Origin: a virus
Lineage: Duplodnaviria; Caudoviricetes
Virus record (IMG/VR): IMGVR_UViG_3300006893_000012
Span: 1 to 45,690 of that record
Length of the DNA stretch: 45,690 nt
Direction: 5' to 3' (one strand)
Part shown: in pieces, positions 1 to 8,019 of the stretch
How the letters are laid out: each line of letters begins with the position of its first letter
Numbering within the stretch: the stretch's first letter is position 1
Notes under the pieces: generated by a model
Databases searched by the model: none
What the model was told of the DNA's origin: nothing
The model's input: only the letters and a program-made list of their open reading frames with translations
Program-made: the position numbers and the translations under genes

Positions 1-12
1 CACGCGCTTCAT
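1..12 (-). CDS. Possible start (MKRV...) of a host gene running off the left edge
   Basis: ATGAAGCGCGTG on the minus strand, weak RBS-like AAGAGA upstream, and a consensus-like promoter ~95 nt upstream. Only 4 codons are visible. Confidence 0.3.
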
Positions 13-108
13 ATCTCTTGCGATGCCAATTCGGGCTCGAGCAGTCCCCGTGAAATGGGGCCAAGCCGGGGTCTTAAGGCGACAGACCTTTCCTTCCCGG
101 TCTGCCGG

Positions 109-138
109 ATTATAAGTACCTCTACTGTGCAACGTCAA
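109..138 (-). promoter_or_regulatory. Sigma70-type promoter spanning attL, firing outward into host DNA
   Basis: Minus strand TTGACG (138-133), 18 nt spacer, TATAAT (114-109). Confidence 0.6.
112..123 (+). repeat. attL core ATAAGTACCTCT
   Basis: Identical 12-mer at 45568-45579; lies ~120 bp upstream of the integrase. Confidence 0.85.
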
Positions 139-180
139 CAAAAAGCGGCTTTTATACGGGCTTTTTCATGTTCCCGCATC

Positions 181-206
181 GGCTGGCTAACAAAGTTGGC
201 TAAAAA
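181..206 (+). promoter_or_regulatory. Putative integrase arm-type sites (tandem TGGCTAA at 184-190 and 197-203)
   Basis: GGCTGGCTAA-caaag-TTGGCTAAAAA; a near-identical pair occurs at 45429-45453. Confidence 0.7.
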
Positions 207-241
207 TTCAGTATTCGAGTCTTAGGCACTCAGGAGATCAG

Positions 242-1504
242 ATGACAGTACGAGTCTACACCCGCTTGAAAATCGACGGCGTTCGCCAACCGTACAAAAA
301 GGTCAACCTCAAAAAGCTCTACCACGACGACACCCTGTTTACGTTGGGGTGGGGCGGGAAGAAGCCGCTCACGCTGCCGCCCGGCACTTCCCTGCAAGCC
401 GCCCTGCTCGCAGCCAAGCAAAAGGAGCTGGAGCTGATGCAGGCACCGCCAGCGCAGTCCGCCGCTGCCGTGGCCGTGGCAGAAGCCCGCCTGAGCTTGG
501 CGCAGGCCCACAGCGCGTGGAGCGACCGGCTGCCCAAGAAAATGAAAAGGGACGGCAGCCTGATCAAAGAGTCCACCATCAAAACCTACCGCAACTCCAT
601 GCGGATCTTCTTGGCAGGTTGCGAGAAGAAATTCCTCGACGAGATCGACATGACCGACCTGGAAAATTTCCGCGACGAAATGTTGGACGACGACTACGCC
701 GACGGAGCGGTCGAGACTCGCCTCGATGCGGTCTGCATCTTCCTCCACTCCCACGACATTTTCGCGTATCCGAACCTTTCGATGAAGCACCCGCAGACGC
801 AAGCTCGCGTCCCGCTCTCACTTCACTACTATGCGAAGGACGCTCTCGTGACCTCGTTCAGCAGCGCCGAATACGACGCGCTGTTCGCCGCTTCCACTCC
901 CGAAGAGAAGATGCGCTGGGCCACGTTGCGCGGCGTCGGATATCGCAAGAACGAACAGGCGCACGCCGAGTTCACAGATTTCCGGGGGCGGGTGGTCTCG
1001 ATTGCCGCCAAGCCGCGCTATGACTGGAAGCCCAAATCAGACGCAGGCACACGGCTTGTGACAGTTCCAGGCTGGCTCACCGACATGGTAGAGCAATGGC
1101 ACCGTGAGCACCCCCACGACAAACTTCTTTTTCCGAACACAAACGGGCAGCCGGAGACCGGCTCGAAATTGCTTCACAGGCTGAAAGTCAGGGCTTTCCT
1201 CGCCGGTCTCAATTGCGGAACCTGCGAAGGGCGGCGTTATGACGGCAAGACCGTGAGCTGCCGTGAAGCGCCCGTTTGCAGCCATTGGAAATTGCACCGA
1301 TTCAGGGCGTCATTCGCTACCGACCACTACAAGAGTGGGAAAGTGACGGAGCTGCAAATCATGGCGTGGCTCGGACACAGCGATTTCAAAGTCACGCAAC
1401 GCTATCTCGCCCTCGCCAAAGCCACCGACCCCTCGCTCTGTGCCGCCGTGGATGCGACGTGGCATCCCGTTGACGTTGACACCCGCTTGGCGGCGGGCGC
1501 ATAA
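242..1504 (+). CDS. int: Tyrosine recombinase / phage integrase
   Basis: Catalytic motifs GYRKNE (R), KSDAGTR (K), LHRFRASFAT (HxxR), LGHSDFKVTQRY (H,Y); AGGAG RBS. Confidence 0.95.
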   Translation: MTVRVYTRLKIDGVRQPYKKVNLKKLYHDDTLFTLGWGGKKPLTLPPGTSLQAALLAAKQKELELMQAPPAQSAAAVAVAEARLSLAQAHSAWSDRLPKKMKRDGSLIKESTIKTYRNSMRIFLAGCEKKFLDEIDMTDLENFRDEMLDDDYADGAVETRLDAVCIFLHSHDIFAYPNLSMKHPQTQARVPLSLHYYAKDALVTSFSSAEYDALFAASTPEEKMRWATLRGVGYRKNEQAHAEFTDFRGRVVSIAAKPRYDWKPKSDAGTRLVTVPGWLTDMVEQWHREHPHDKLLFPNTNGQPETGSKLLHRLKVRAFLAGLNCGTCEGRRYDGKTVSCREAPVCSHWKLHRFRASFATDHYKSGKVTELQIMAWLGHSDFKVTQRYLALAKATDPSLCAAVDATWHPVDVDTRLAAGA

Positions 1505-1567
1505 TTTTGGGCAGGTGGATCGTGTAGTTGCTGCGGCGGTAGCCACGACAACCACCAACGCTCGTAC

Positions 1568-1643
1568 AGCGGCGATCCTTCCGAAAGTACTGCCAGTGGC
1601 ATGTTCCCTGACAGCTTTCGAAAGGGTCGCCGCTTTTTGTTTT
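1568..1643 (+). terminator. Long hairpin with U-tract after int
   Basis: AGCGGCGATCCTTCCGAAAG (1568-1587) pairs with CTTTCGAAAGGGTCGCCGCT (1615-1634), followed by TTTTGTTTT. Confidence 0.55.
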
Positions 1644-1652
1644 GGAGGATCT

Positions 1653-2024
1653 ATGGAACCGATTGAGCCTGACGAAGAAGCCTATCGTAACGTTGAACAC
1701 GATTACCCAAACGAACCCCCTGCTGAGAAATACCGGCTGGCGCAGGCTGACACGCTGATCCGGCTGAGTGGTGGGATGCGTCAGAAAGATGGCAGCTACG
1801 TGACAACCGAAATGAAAAAGAAATCGACCCTATATCGCACCGCAGTCGAGGAAGCGCAATTCCGGCTGGATCTTGTTCTGCAACTGATCGGCGCTGGTGA
1901 CGATTTGCCATCGCCGCTGTACGATGCGCTGATCTCCTATCGTGAGAAGTTGCAGGATTTTTTGCACGACCCCGCGAACACGCCCAACCCGTTTGACTCG
2001 TTGTTCCACAGGCACAGGCAATGA
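1653..2024 (+). CDS. Hypothetical protein (123 aa)
   Basis: GGAGG RBS before ATG 1653; ATGA overlap with the next gene. Confidence 0.7.
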   Translation: MEPIEPDEEAYRNVEHDYPNEPPAEKYRLAQADTLIRLSGGMRQKDGSYVTTEMKKKSTLYRTAVEEAQFRLDLVLQLIGAGDDLPSPLYDALISYREKLQDFLHDPANTPNPFDSLFHRHRQ

Positions 2025-2275
2025 AAAAGAAATCTGTTGCAGAAAAGTTTCGCGATGATTTAGCGGCTGCAATCAAGCGGTCCACAGCCACCGGCAGTGA
2101 TCTCGTGGTCCGCAACGTCCACGGTGCGATTGAAGCCGCCAGCATAAAAATGGGCGGCGATGAGGAACCAGGACTGTTCACGTTCAAAGACGGCAGCACG
2201 CTGGATGTACCAACACTCGAATTCACGCCGGCGCGGAAGAAAGCGAAAAAGAAGATAAGGAAGACAGCCCGCTGA
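2021..2275 (+). CDS. Hypothetical protein with basic C-terminus
   Basis: Translationally coupled ORF, 84 aa. Confidence 0.65.
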   Translation: MKKKSVAEKFRDDLAAAIKRSTATGSDLVVRNVHGAIEAASIKMGGDEEPGLFTFKDGSTLDVPTLEFTPARKKAKKKIRKTAR

Positions 2276-2356
2276 AGACACGAGGGCAACGGAGCGGAGC
2301 CCAGATCAAACAGGGAGCACCCTGTCGCTCTCGTGTTGAAATTTTCAGTATTGTAA

Positions 2357-2400
2357 CACCAGCCAACGAAGGCGAAAGCAACGCGCCGGTAGAGAAGCCC
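2357..2400 (+). ncRNA. Solitary TIGR-like guide unit (candidate stand-alone small RNA)
   Basis: caccAGCCA-acgaaggc-GAAAGCAACG-cgccggta-GAGAAGCCC has the same 9/8/10/8/9 geometry as the arrays; it is preceded by TCAGTATT and runs into a terminator. Confidence 0.65.
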
Positions 2401-2430
2401 CGATTCTCGGATCGGGGCTTTTAGTTTTTT
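2395..2430 (+). terminator. Rho-independent terminator
   Basis: AAGCCCCGAT-tctcgg-ATCGGGGCTT followed by TTAGTTTTTT. Confidence 0.85.
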
Positions 2431-2446
2431 GAATAAGGAGTCCGCC

Positions 2447-2806
2447 ATGTCTGAAGCAACTGATCCTTTTGAATTGTGGATGGAAAAACGCAAAGCAAAA
2501 CATGAACGGGAGGAAGCCGAAGAAGCGGCGAAGCCAAAGGTGATTCCCGACCACATCGTTCCAGCCAAGTTCAAGTTCAACCTCGGTGAATATGTCCGTG
2601 ACGCCATTACTGGAAAGAAGGGTTACATCGTCGTCAGGACCGAACACGTCTCAGGTTGCCTCCAATATTGGTTGACTGCTAGAGGCGACGGCGCACAAGT
2701 CACGCAGGACCGGATCATAGACGAGTCTCGCTTGGAGCGCACATCCACGCCGCCGTTTGAAATAGCGAAGGACGAAGCGCCCGGCTGCGTGGCGATCAAA
2801 CTTTAA
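2447..2806 (+). CDS. Hypothetical phage protein
   Basis: AAGGAG RBS before ATG 2447; SH3-like beta segment (FNLGEYVRDAITGKKGYIV). Confidence 0.7.
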   Translation: MSEATDPFELWMEKRKAKHEREEAEEAAKPKVIPDHIVPAKFKFNLGEYVRDAITGKKGYIVVRTEHVSGCLQYWLTARGDGAQVTQDRIIDESRLERTSTPPFEIAKDEAPGCVAIKL

Positions 2807-3825
2807 CGTGTCCTGAATTTCTTCCGGCCCTTTCGCCAACCAGGGCGGCCACCGTTCGGTGATATCTCCGGCAGGTTTAGCGGGGTGACAATCTCCCGCA
2901 AAGTTTTTATGTCTGGGCGATATTGTTTATTCTCTCTCAGGAACTTGCCGTAGTTGGTGGCCCCATTGGGCCGCACCGTCTCCAGCAAAATCGTGATCAG
3001 CGTAGAGCGGAACGTCCGCACACTGCTGACGGCGATCACATCTCCCGACAATATCCCTTCGACGCAACGCCGGGCCAAAATCGCTGGGTTCAGTTCTCCG
3101 GCCTGAATCAGTTGGCGCAAGAATGCGCTCATGCAAACTGAAACGTACCTCGACTCGGGCTCCTCTGGCCCACCTGAGTCCGGCTCTGGCCCCTCGCGCT
3201 CGATCATCTGCAGATCCTCGGCAACCAACGCGGGGTCCAGATTGTCGAGCGCGGAATTGTAATACCACACGCGCAGATCAATCGGAACGCGGTTAAGGTT
3301 CAGAAGATTCTGAATTTCGGTTTCCAACCAAACACGTTTCGTTTTCAAGGTGATCAGCACTTTCGCACGGCTGGCGAACATTTCTCCGACGATGCCGCAG
3401 AAATTCTTCAATCTCCCGGTGATTATCCGGACAAAACTTCCGGTTGCGATACCGGCGCTGCGGGATTCGAACGCTTGCTTGGAGCGCGCAATGGTCTCCT
3501 GCACATGACCGTCTTCGACGGCAATAATGTCAGAGCTGTGTCGCGTGTCGTTCGCCGTCAGTAGACCATTGACGCCGGTGACAGTCTTCAGTTTCAAAAG
3601 TGCCGGTCGGTCGAGGGAACGAAGGTAAATGAATGGGCTGAGCAATTCGAAAATGCCGAGATCCCGCCTACCCAACGGTATGAACATTTCAACGGGAGAT
3701 TCGCCGAACAGAGAGGGTATACGTTCGACGACACGGGCAAGGGTTGGTTCAGGGTGGTCGGATAATTCCAGCGCGTACCAATCACGACCGGCAAGCGACG
3801 ACACATCGTTAAGGTGAAGAAGCAT
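2803..3825 (-). CDS. NusG-family transcription antitermination paralog with C-terminal extension
   Basis: NGN-like N-terminus (DWYALEL...MFIP...PFIYLR...TGVNGLL) and KOW motif (GSFVRIITGRLKNFCGIV), plus ~160 extra aa. Confidence 0.8.
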   Translation of the reverse strand: MLLHLNDVSSLAGRDWYALELSDHPEPTLARVVERIPSLFGESPVEMFIPLGRRDLGIFELLSPFIYLRSLDRPALLKLKTVTGVNGLLTANDTRHSSDIIAVEDGHVQETIARSKQAFESRSAGIATGSFVRIITGRLKNFCGIVGEMFASRAKVLITLKTKRVWLETEIQNLLNLNRVPIDLRVWYYNSALDNLDPALVAEDLQMIEREGPEPDSGGPEEPESRYVSVCMSAFLRQLIQAGELNPAILARRCVEGILSGDVIAVSSVRTFRSTLITILLETVRPNGATNYGKFLRENKQYRPDIKTLREIVTPLNLPEISPNGGRPGWRKGRKKFRTR

Positions 3826-3994
3826 CTTCGACCAGTTTCTTAATCATCGCCTTGGACTCCGGGGATACCAGAGAGCGGTAGTAAGCCGACTCGAATTTCT
3901 CCAGCCTTTCCAGCCGTTCTAGTATCTCGATGTACGCAAGAGCGGGATTGTCGAGATAGCGGTTGATTGCTTGTTGCTTTTGTCCTTGTGTCAT
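3809..3994 (-). CDS. Hypothetical protein (61 aa)
   Basis: ATGA overlap with the upstream ORF; overlaps the start of the NusG-like gene. Confidence 0.55.
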   Translation of the reverse strand: MTQGQKQQAINRYLDNPALAYIEILERLERLEKFESAYYRSLVSPESKAMIKKLVEDASSP

Positions 3995-4179
3995 TCGTCC
4001 ATCTCCCGAGTTTCCTCGATTCTGCGTACAACCTTCCACGGATCAAAGAACCTGTTCAGCCTTTCAGCGAACTCTTCCCAACTAACAATGTTGGCTTTCA
4101 TCGCCTTCAGCTCGTCGGCGGTGATAGTTACATTGTCGGGGCAGAAACCGAGCATGGACTTTAATACTGAGAAGTGCAC
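3991..4179 (-). CDS. Hypothetical protein (62 aa, MHFSVLKS...)
   Basis: AAAGGA RBS then GTG at 4179; the longer 4455 start lacks an RBS. Confidence 0.55.
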   Translation of the reverse strand: MHFSVLKSMLGFCPDNVTITADELKAMKANIVSWEEFAERLNRFFDPWKVVRRIEETREMDE

Positions 4180-4247
4180 TTGTCCTTTCGTAATATGCGA
4201 TGCACCAATGTGTCTGGAGATGTTTAGGAGGGAAGGCGTAAACAGGA

Positions 4248-4291
4248 AATAAGCCAGTGCATCGGAACGCAACAGGAGGTTAGAGCAGCCA
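4248..4291 (+). ncRNA. Solitary TIGR-like guide unit in the divergent control region
   Basis: aataAGCCA-gtgcatcg-GAACGCAACA-ggaggtta-GAGCAGCCA; loop identical to 9021-9030 and final edge identical to the array consensus. Confidence 0.75.
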
Positions 4292-4642
4292 TTTGGGCGC
4301 ACGACGACTATTCTTTGGGTGTGGGGTGTGGACGGAGTCCACGAGAAAATACACCACAAGGTCGCTATCGCGTTGGCTGGACTGGTTCGCCGGGTGTGCT
4401 GTGAGTGTCTTGCAGGGTATCCTAATTGTTCAAACTTACTGCGCACCCTCACCACTCACAAATTGTTGCTGCGAAGCCCCGCTATTTTTCTGACCAAGGT
4501 CGTCACGTCGGGGACGTTGCCTGGATTTACGGGTGTCCAACTCGCCTCCGGTTCTACTTGATGTGGGGTCCGATGCACTCTGTTTTCTAGAGTTTTAGTT
4601 CCACAATCGCGGCGTATGACCGGCTGCCATGTCATAAGACCG

Positions 4643-4720
4643 ATACTGACTTTCGGTCTCTAACACGGGGTTTGGAAGTAAAAAAAAAAGAGTTTTGCGG
4701 TTCTGCGTGAAAGTCAGTAT
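4643..4720. promoter_or_regulatory. Outward-facing 12-bp inverted repeat (GAAAGTCAGTAT), putative divergent promoters or operators
   Basis: ATACTGACTTTC at 4643-4654 and GAAAGTCAGTAT at 4709-4720, with an A10 run (4680-4689) between them; lies between divergent operons. Confidence 0.5.
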
Positions 4721-4881
4721 GTAATAAAGTACGCAACTGGATTGGGGTATGGGGGCGGCACCCGCCGCTCCCTTCGCTAAGCACAGTCACCGTACAGCGA
4801 ACCCGATTCCTCAATGTTGCTGGCAAATTTCCGTTTGCAAGCCGTGGGAAAACCTCGTTCGCAGAAAGGTCGCTCCCTTTT

Positions 4882-5634
4882 ATGGACGATCAGAATGTCA
4901 ACCAGCAAGACCCAAACCGTATGGCGGACGTGGCTTTCGAGCTGCCCGCTGACAACGGCAAGGCGACAAAACAGGCTGTCGCTTCCGCCGCCGAATTCCC
5001 CAAGCCCGTGCTCGTCCCGAAGAAAACAATGTTCGAAGGTGCCAGCCGCCGCAGTGCGGAACTGGCTAAGAAGGGTTCCACTTCCAGCAGCCGTACCGGA
5101 AAGGCGAAGCAGGTTTCGTTCGAATTCGGTAAGCCGCCGAAGAACGTCTACTGCAAGACCCACCCGGACCCTGCCTACCATGCTTTTAACCTGCCGGTGT
5201 ATTACAACGAAGCCGCACGGAAGTTCTCGTATGTCCCTCCGGAGCTGTACGAATCAGGAACGCTGCCGTCGCGGTTCCACGATGCCATCAAGTTGATGGA
5301 TGTTCACACGACCGGGTTGGCGGACGGCACCTTTATTTTGTGGTTCGTCTTCGTCTCCGGCAGCCCGTGGCGCAAGTCGGCAGAGAAGGTGATCCAGGCG
5401 GCTGCGCTGCAGTTCGGCATCGTCGGCTCGATTCCCGTCCGGCAAACCTACACATGGGAACCGGCGACCGATCCCATTCCGGAACCGAAGTGGGCTTCTT
5501 TGCCCGAGTTCGAAAGCCTGCTGCTCGGCGCTTTTGACTCCGTGGTGAACGTCGTCGAAGACAAAGTGGTGACCGACTTTATGTCCGGTGGCGTGACCGC
5601 AGCGGAAGACCGTGAGGGCGGCGAAGGTGAGTAG
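4882..5634 (+). CDS. Replication-associated protein, possibly single-stranded DNA-binding
   Basis: Directly upstream of and overlapping polA; aromatic beta-rich core; acidic C-terminal tail (AAEDREGGEGE). Function inferred. Confidence 0.55.
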   Translation: MDDQNVNQQDPNRMADVAFELPADNGKATKQAVASAAEFPKPVLVPKKTMFEGASRRSAELAKKGSTSSSRTGKAKQVSFEFGKPPKNVYCKTHPDPAYHAFNLPVYYNEAARKFSYVPPELYESGTLPSRFHDAIKLMDVHTTGLADGTFILWFVFVSGSPWRKSAEKVIQAAALQFGIVGSIPVRQTYTWEPATDPIPEPKWASLPEFESLLLGAFDSVVNVVEDKVVTDFMSGGVTAAEDREGGEGE

Positions 5635-7519
5635 CCTGCCTGCGGAGCGGTTCCCTTACGTGTATATCCCTGACACCGAGTTCCAGGTGGTGGACGGGGA
5701 GCAGCAGAAGCCCGTGTCGCTGATCGCGCACGGTTACAACAGGGCGCGGAGGGTCGAGATGTTCTTCGACTCTCCGCAGCAGTGCCCGTTTCCGGATCTC
5801 GATAACACCCTGTTCGTCGGATACAACCTGCCCGCCGAGTACCAAACGATGCTGGCATTGGGTTGGCCGCTGCCCGTGCACTCCATCGATCTCTATACCG
5901 AGTACCTGAACGAGATCAATGGAGTATGGCGGGGTAAAGAATCCATGAAGGACATTGGCACCGGCCTGCAGGACGCAGTGCGTGAGTATGGCGGGAACCT
6001 GATGGAGTTTTGGACTACCGACAAAGAAGCCGAGCGCGACTACATTATTGCGAACGGCACGGTCCCTCCCGCAGGCGTCAGCCTCGAAGACCACCGCAAG
6101 CGCATCCTTCGTTACAACGAAGAGGACGTGGCGGCCACCGTCTGGCTGGCGAAGCGGATGTTGCCGGAGATCGACATCGAACAGGCATTGTGGCGCGGCA
6201 AATACTCACAGGCCACGGCCTTCTTCCAGCATAACGGCGTGCCCATAAACCGGGAGAGGTTCCGCATTATCGAGAGGGAAGCCCGGCACCTGAAATTGGC
6301 AATCGCCAAGAAGATCGAGGACACCCACAACTACGGCGTCTACGTGGTCGAGGGTCGCGAGGATCTGAAGAACAAACCGCACGCGGTTTTCAAGAACGAC
6401 AAGTTCGCGGCGATGCTGGAATCGAAAGGCATAACGGTCGGGAAACGGGGCGCATGGAAAGTCACGCCCACGGGCCTGCCGATTCTCGAAGACGATTACT
6501 TCGATGGGATGTGCAATGCCTATCCGGAGCTGCAACCGTTGCGCCAGTGCCGCAAGTCGATCAACTCTCTCGGTCGATTCAGCACGCAACTCGGAGCTGA
6601 CGGTTTCAACCGTGCGCCGATGTGGATGTTCGGCACCGTAACCGGGAGAAATAACCCCAAGGCCAAGGCGTTCCTGTTGTCCCGACCGCATTGGGTGCGC
6701 AACCTGTTGACGCCTCGGGAAGGCATGGCGCTGATCGTTTGCGATATCACCGGCGCAGAGGATTGGCTGGCAGCGGGTTTCTCCGGCGATCCAGAATTAA
6801 TGAGGATCTACGCCAGTGGGCTCGATTCGTATCTCGAATTTGCGATTGCGTGCGGGGCAGTTCCACCTGGAACGTTGCGTGACAAAAAGAACCCCGAACT
6901 GGAAGCGATCCGTGCCATGCACAAGACAGCGAAGCTGGCGATTGCTTACGGCGTTTGGGCGCACACGCTGTCGCAATATCTTGGCGTCCCGGAGTGGCAG
7001 GCGTCCGCAATCATCAACGCGCACAAAGCGGCTTACGGCGTTTACTGGCAGTGGACGGAAGATCGTGCAAAGTTGGCCGAAGATCAGGGGTTTGTAATCA
7101 CCGACTATGGATGGCGTCAGTCCATTGAACACATGTCCGATAACTCCATCCTGAACTTCCCTCAACAAGCCGGTTGCGCCGAGTTACTGCACATGGCTTG
7201 CAACCTATTGGTGGAGTGCGGTTGGGGTTACGCGATGTCGGCTCCACACCATGACGCTCTCTACATGCACGTGGAAATAGAACGCGCCGAGGAATGTAGA
7301 CAGGCCGTGGAGGATGCTTTCATCGAAGCGGGTAACCGAATCATGGAGCTGCCTGAGTTTCCATTGAAGGTGCACAGCGAGATTGTGCGGTATCCAGAAC
7401 ATTACAGCGATCCGGACGGACGGGAAATCTGGGACATTGTTTCAGAGTATTTCCAGTGGGACAACTTCGAAATGAAGGAGGAAGTTGCAGATGAGCGAGT
7501 ACTCGCGAACAACGGCTAA
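5627..7519 (+). CDS. polA: Family A DNA polymerase (3'-5' exonuclease + polymerase, no 5' nuclease)
   Basis: ExoI DTEF, ExoIII YNEED, TGR, motif A CDITGAE, motif B KTAKLAIAYG, NFPQQ, motif C HHDAL; GTG start at 5627 preferred. Confidence 0.92.
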   Translation: MSSLPAERFPYVYIPDTEFQVVDGEQQKPVSLIAHGYNRARRVEMFFDSPQQCPFPDLDNTLFVGYNLPAEYQTMLALGWPLPVHSIDLYTEYLNEINGVWRGKESMKDIGTGLQDAVREYGGNLMEFWTTDKEAERDYIIANGTVPPAGVSLEDHRKRILRYNEEDVAATVWLAKRMLPEIDIEQALWRGKYSQATAFFQHNGVPINRERFRIIEREARHLKLAIAKKIEDTHNYGVYVVEGREDLKNKPHAVFKNDKFAAMLESKGITVGKRGAWKVTPTGLPILEDDYFDGMCNAYPELQPLRQCRKSINSLGRFSTQLGADGFNRAPMWMFGTVTGRNNPKAKAFLLSRPHWVRNLLTPREGMALIVCDITGAEDWLAAGFSGDPELMRIYASGLDSYLEFAIACGAVPPGTLRDKKNPELEAIRAMHKTAKLAIAYGVWAHTLSQYLGVPEWQASAIINAHKAAYGVYWQWTEDRAKLAEDQGFVITDYGWRQSIEHMSDNSILNFPQQAGCAELLHMACNLLVECGWGYAMSAPHHDALYMHVEIERAEECRQAVEDAFIEAGNRIMELPEFPLKVHSEIVRYPEHYSDPDGREIWDIVSEYFQWDNFEMKEEVADERVLANNG

Positions 7520-7712
7520 GCATGCAACGGTCTGCCCACGGTGCAAGGGCTATATCTCAGTGGGCACAACAATCGTATTGGGTGAAGGTTCGAAGAAATG
7601 GACGCATGCCGTGTGTCCAGGAGTTGACGTGCTTATTAAGCCGCGCACTGAGGAAGAGATGAACGCAAGGGTGACTGTGTTTAAGTTCAACGACAAAGGA
7701 GAACTGATCTGA
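7491..7712 (+). CDS. Small zinc-finger-like protein
   Basis: CPRC...WTHAVC; AAGGAGG RBS. Confidence 0.65.
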   Translation: MSEYSRTTAKHATVCPRCKGYISVGTTIVLGEGSKKWTHAVCPGVDVLIKPRTEEEMNARVTVFKFNDKGELI

Positions 7713-7851
7713 TGGGTGACGGGGAGATGGATCCTCTTTGCCGGTACGAGTGTTCAGCTTCAAACAAAGAATATTACATCGGTAATATTGACAACCGCAT
7801 TTTCGTTGTGAACGGAATTCACGGAGCGTAAAAACAATTGGAGCAGCCATT

Positions 7852-8019
7852 ATGAAACGGATAACAATTAGCGACGAACACACAGGCAACGAGTTCGATG
7901 ACGACTTGTTGGAACTTATGCAACAACCGAACACGCCGCCTCAACCGATTAAGAAAATCAAATTAACCGCCGAGCAGGTGAAGGAACTGATCAAAAGCGG
8001 CACCGTAAGCGGTGTGTGA
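7852..8019 (+). CDS. Small hypothetical protein (55 aa, MKRITISDEHTG...), below the ORF track cutoff
   Basis: GGAG RBS, ATG 7852, TGA 8017-8019; read by hand. Confidence 0.5.
   Translation: MKRITISDEHTGNEFDDDLLELMQQPNTPPQPIKKIKLTAEQVKELIKSGTVSGV

Noticed and set aside
1651-2607. 318-aa minus-strand ORF and other long antisense ORFs
   Set aside because: They are shadows of plus-strand genes that have good RBSs and coupling; no recognisable motifs.
7788-7816. Sigma70 promoter at TTGACA (7788), also TTGACA near 8177
   Set aside because: No acceptable -10 hexamer at 16-18 nt spacing.
7841-7849. Perfect edge repeat GAGCAGCCA as another solitary unit
   Set aside because: No loop repeat at 8-nt distance on either side; it doubles as the RBS of ORF 7852.
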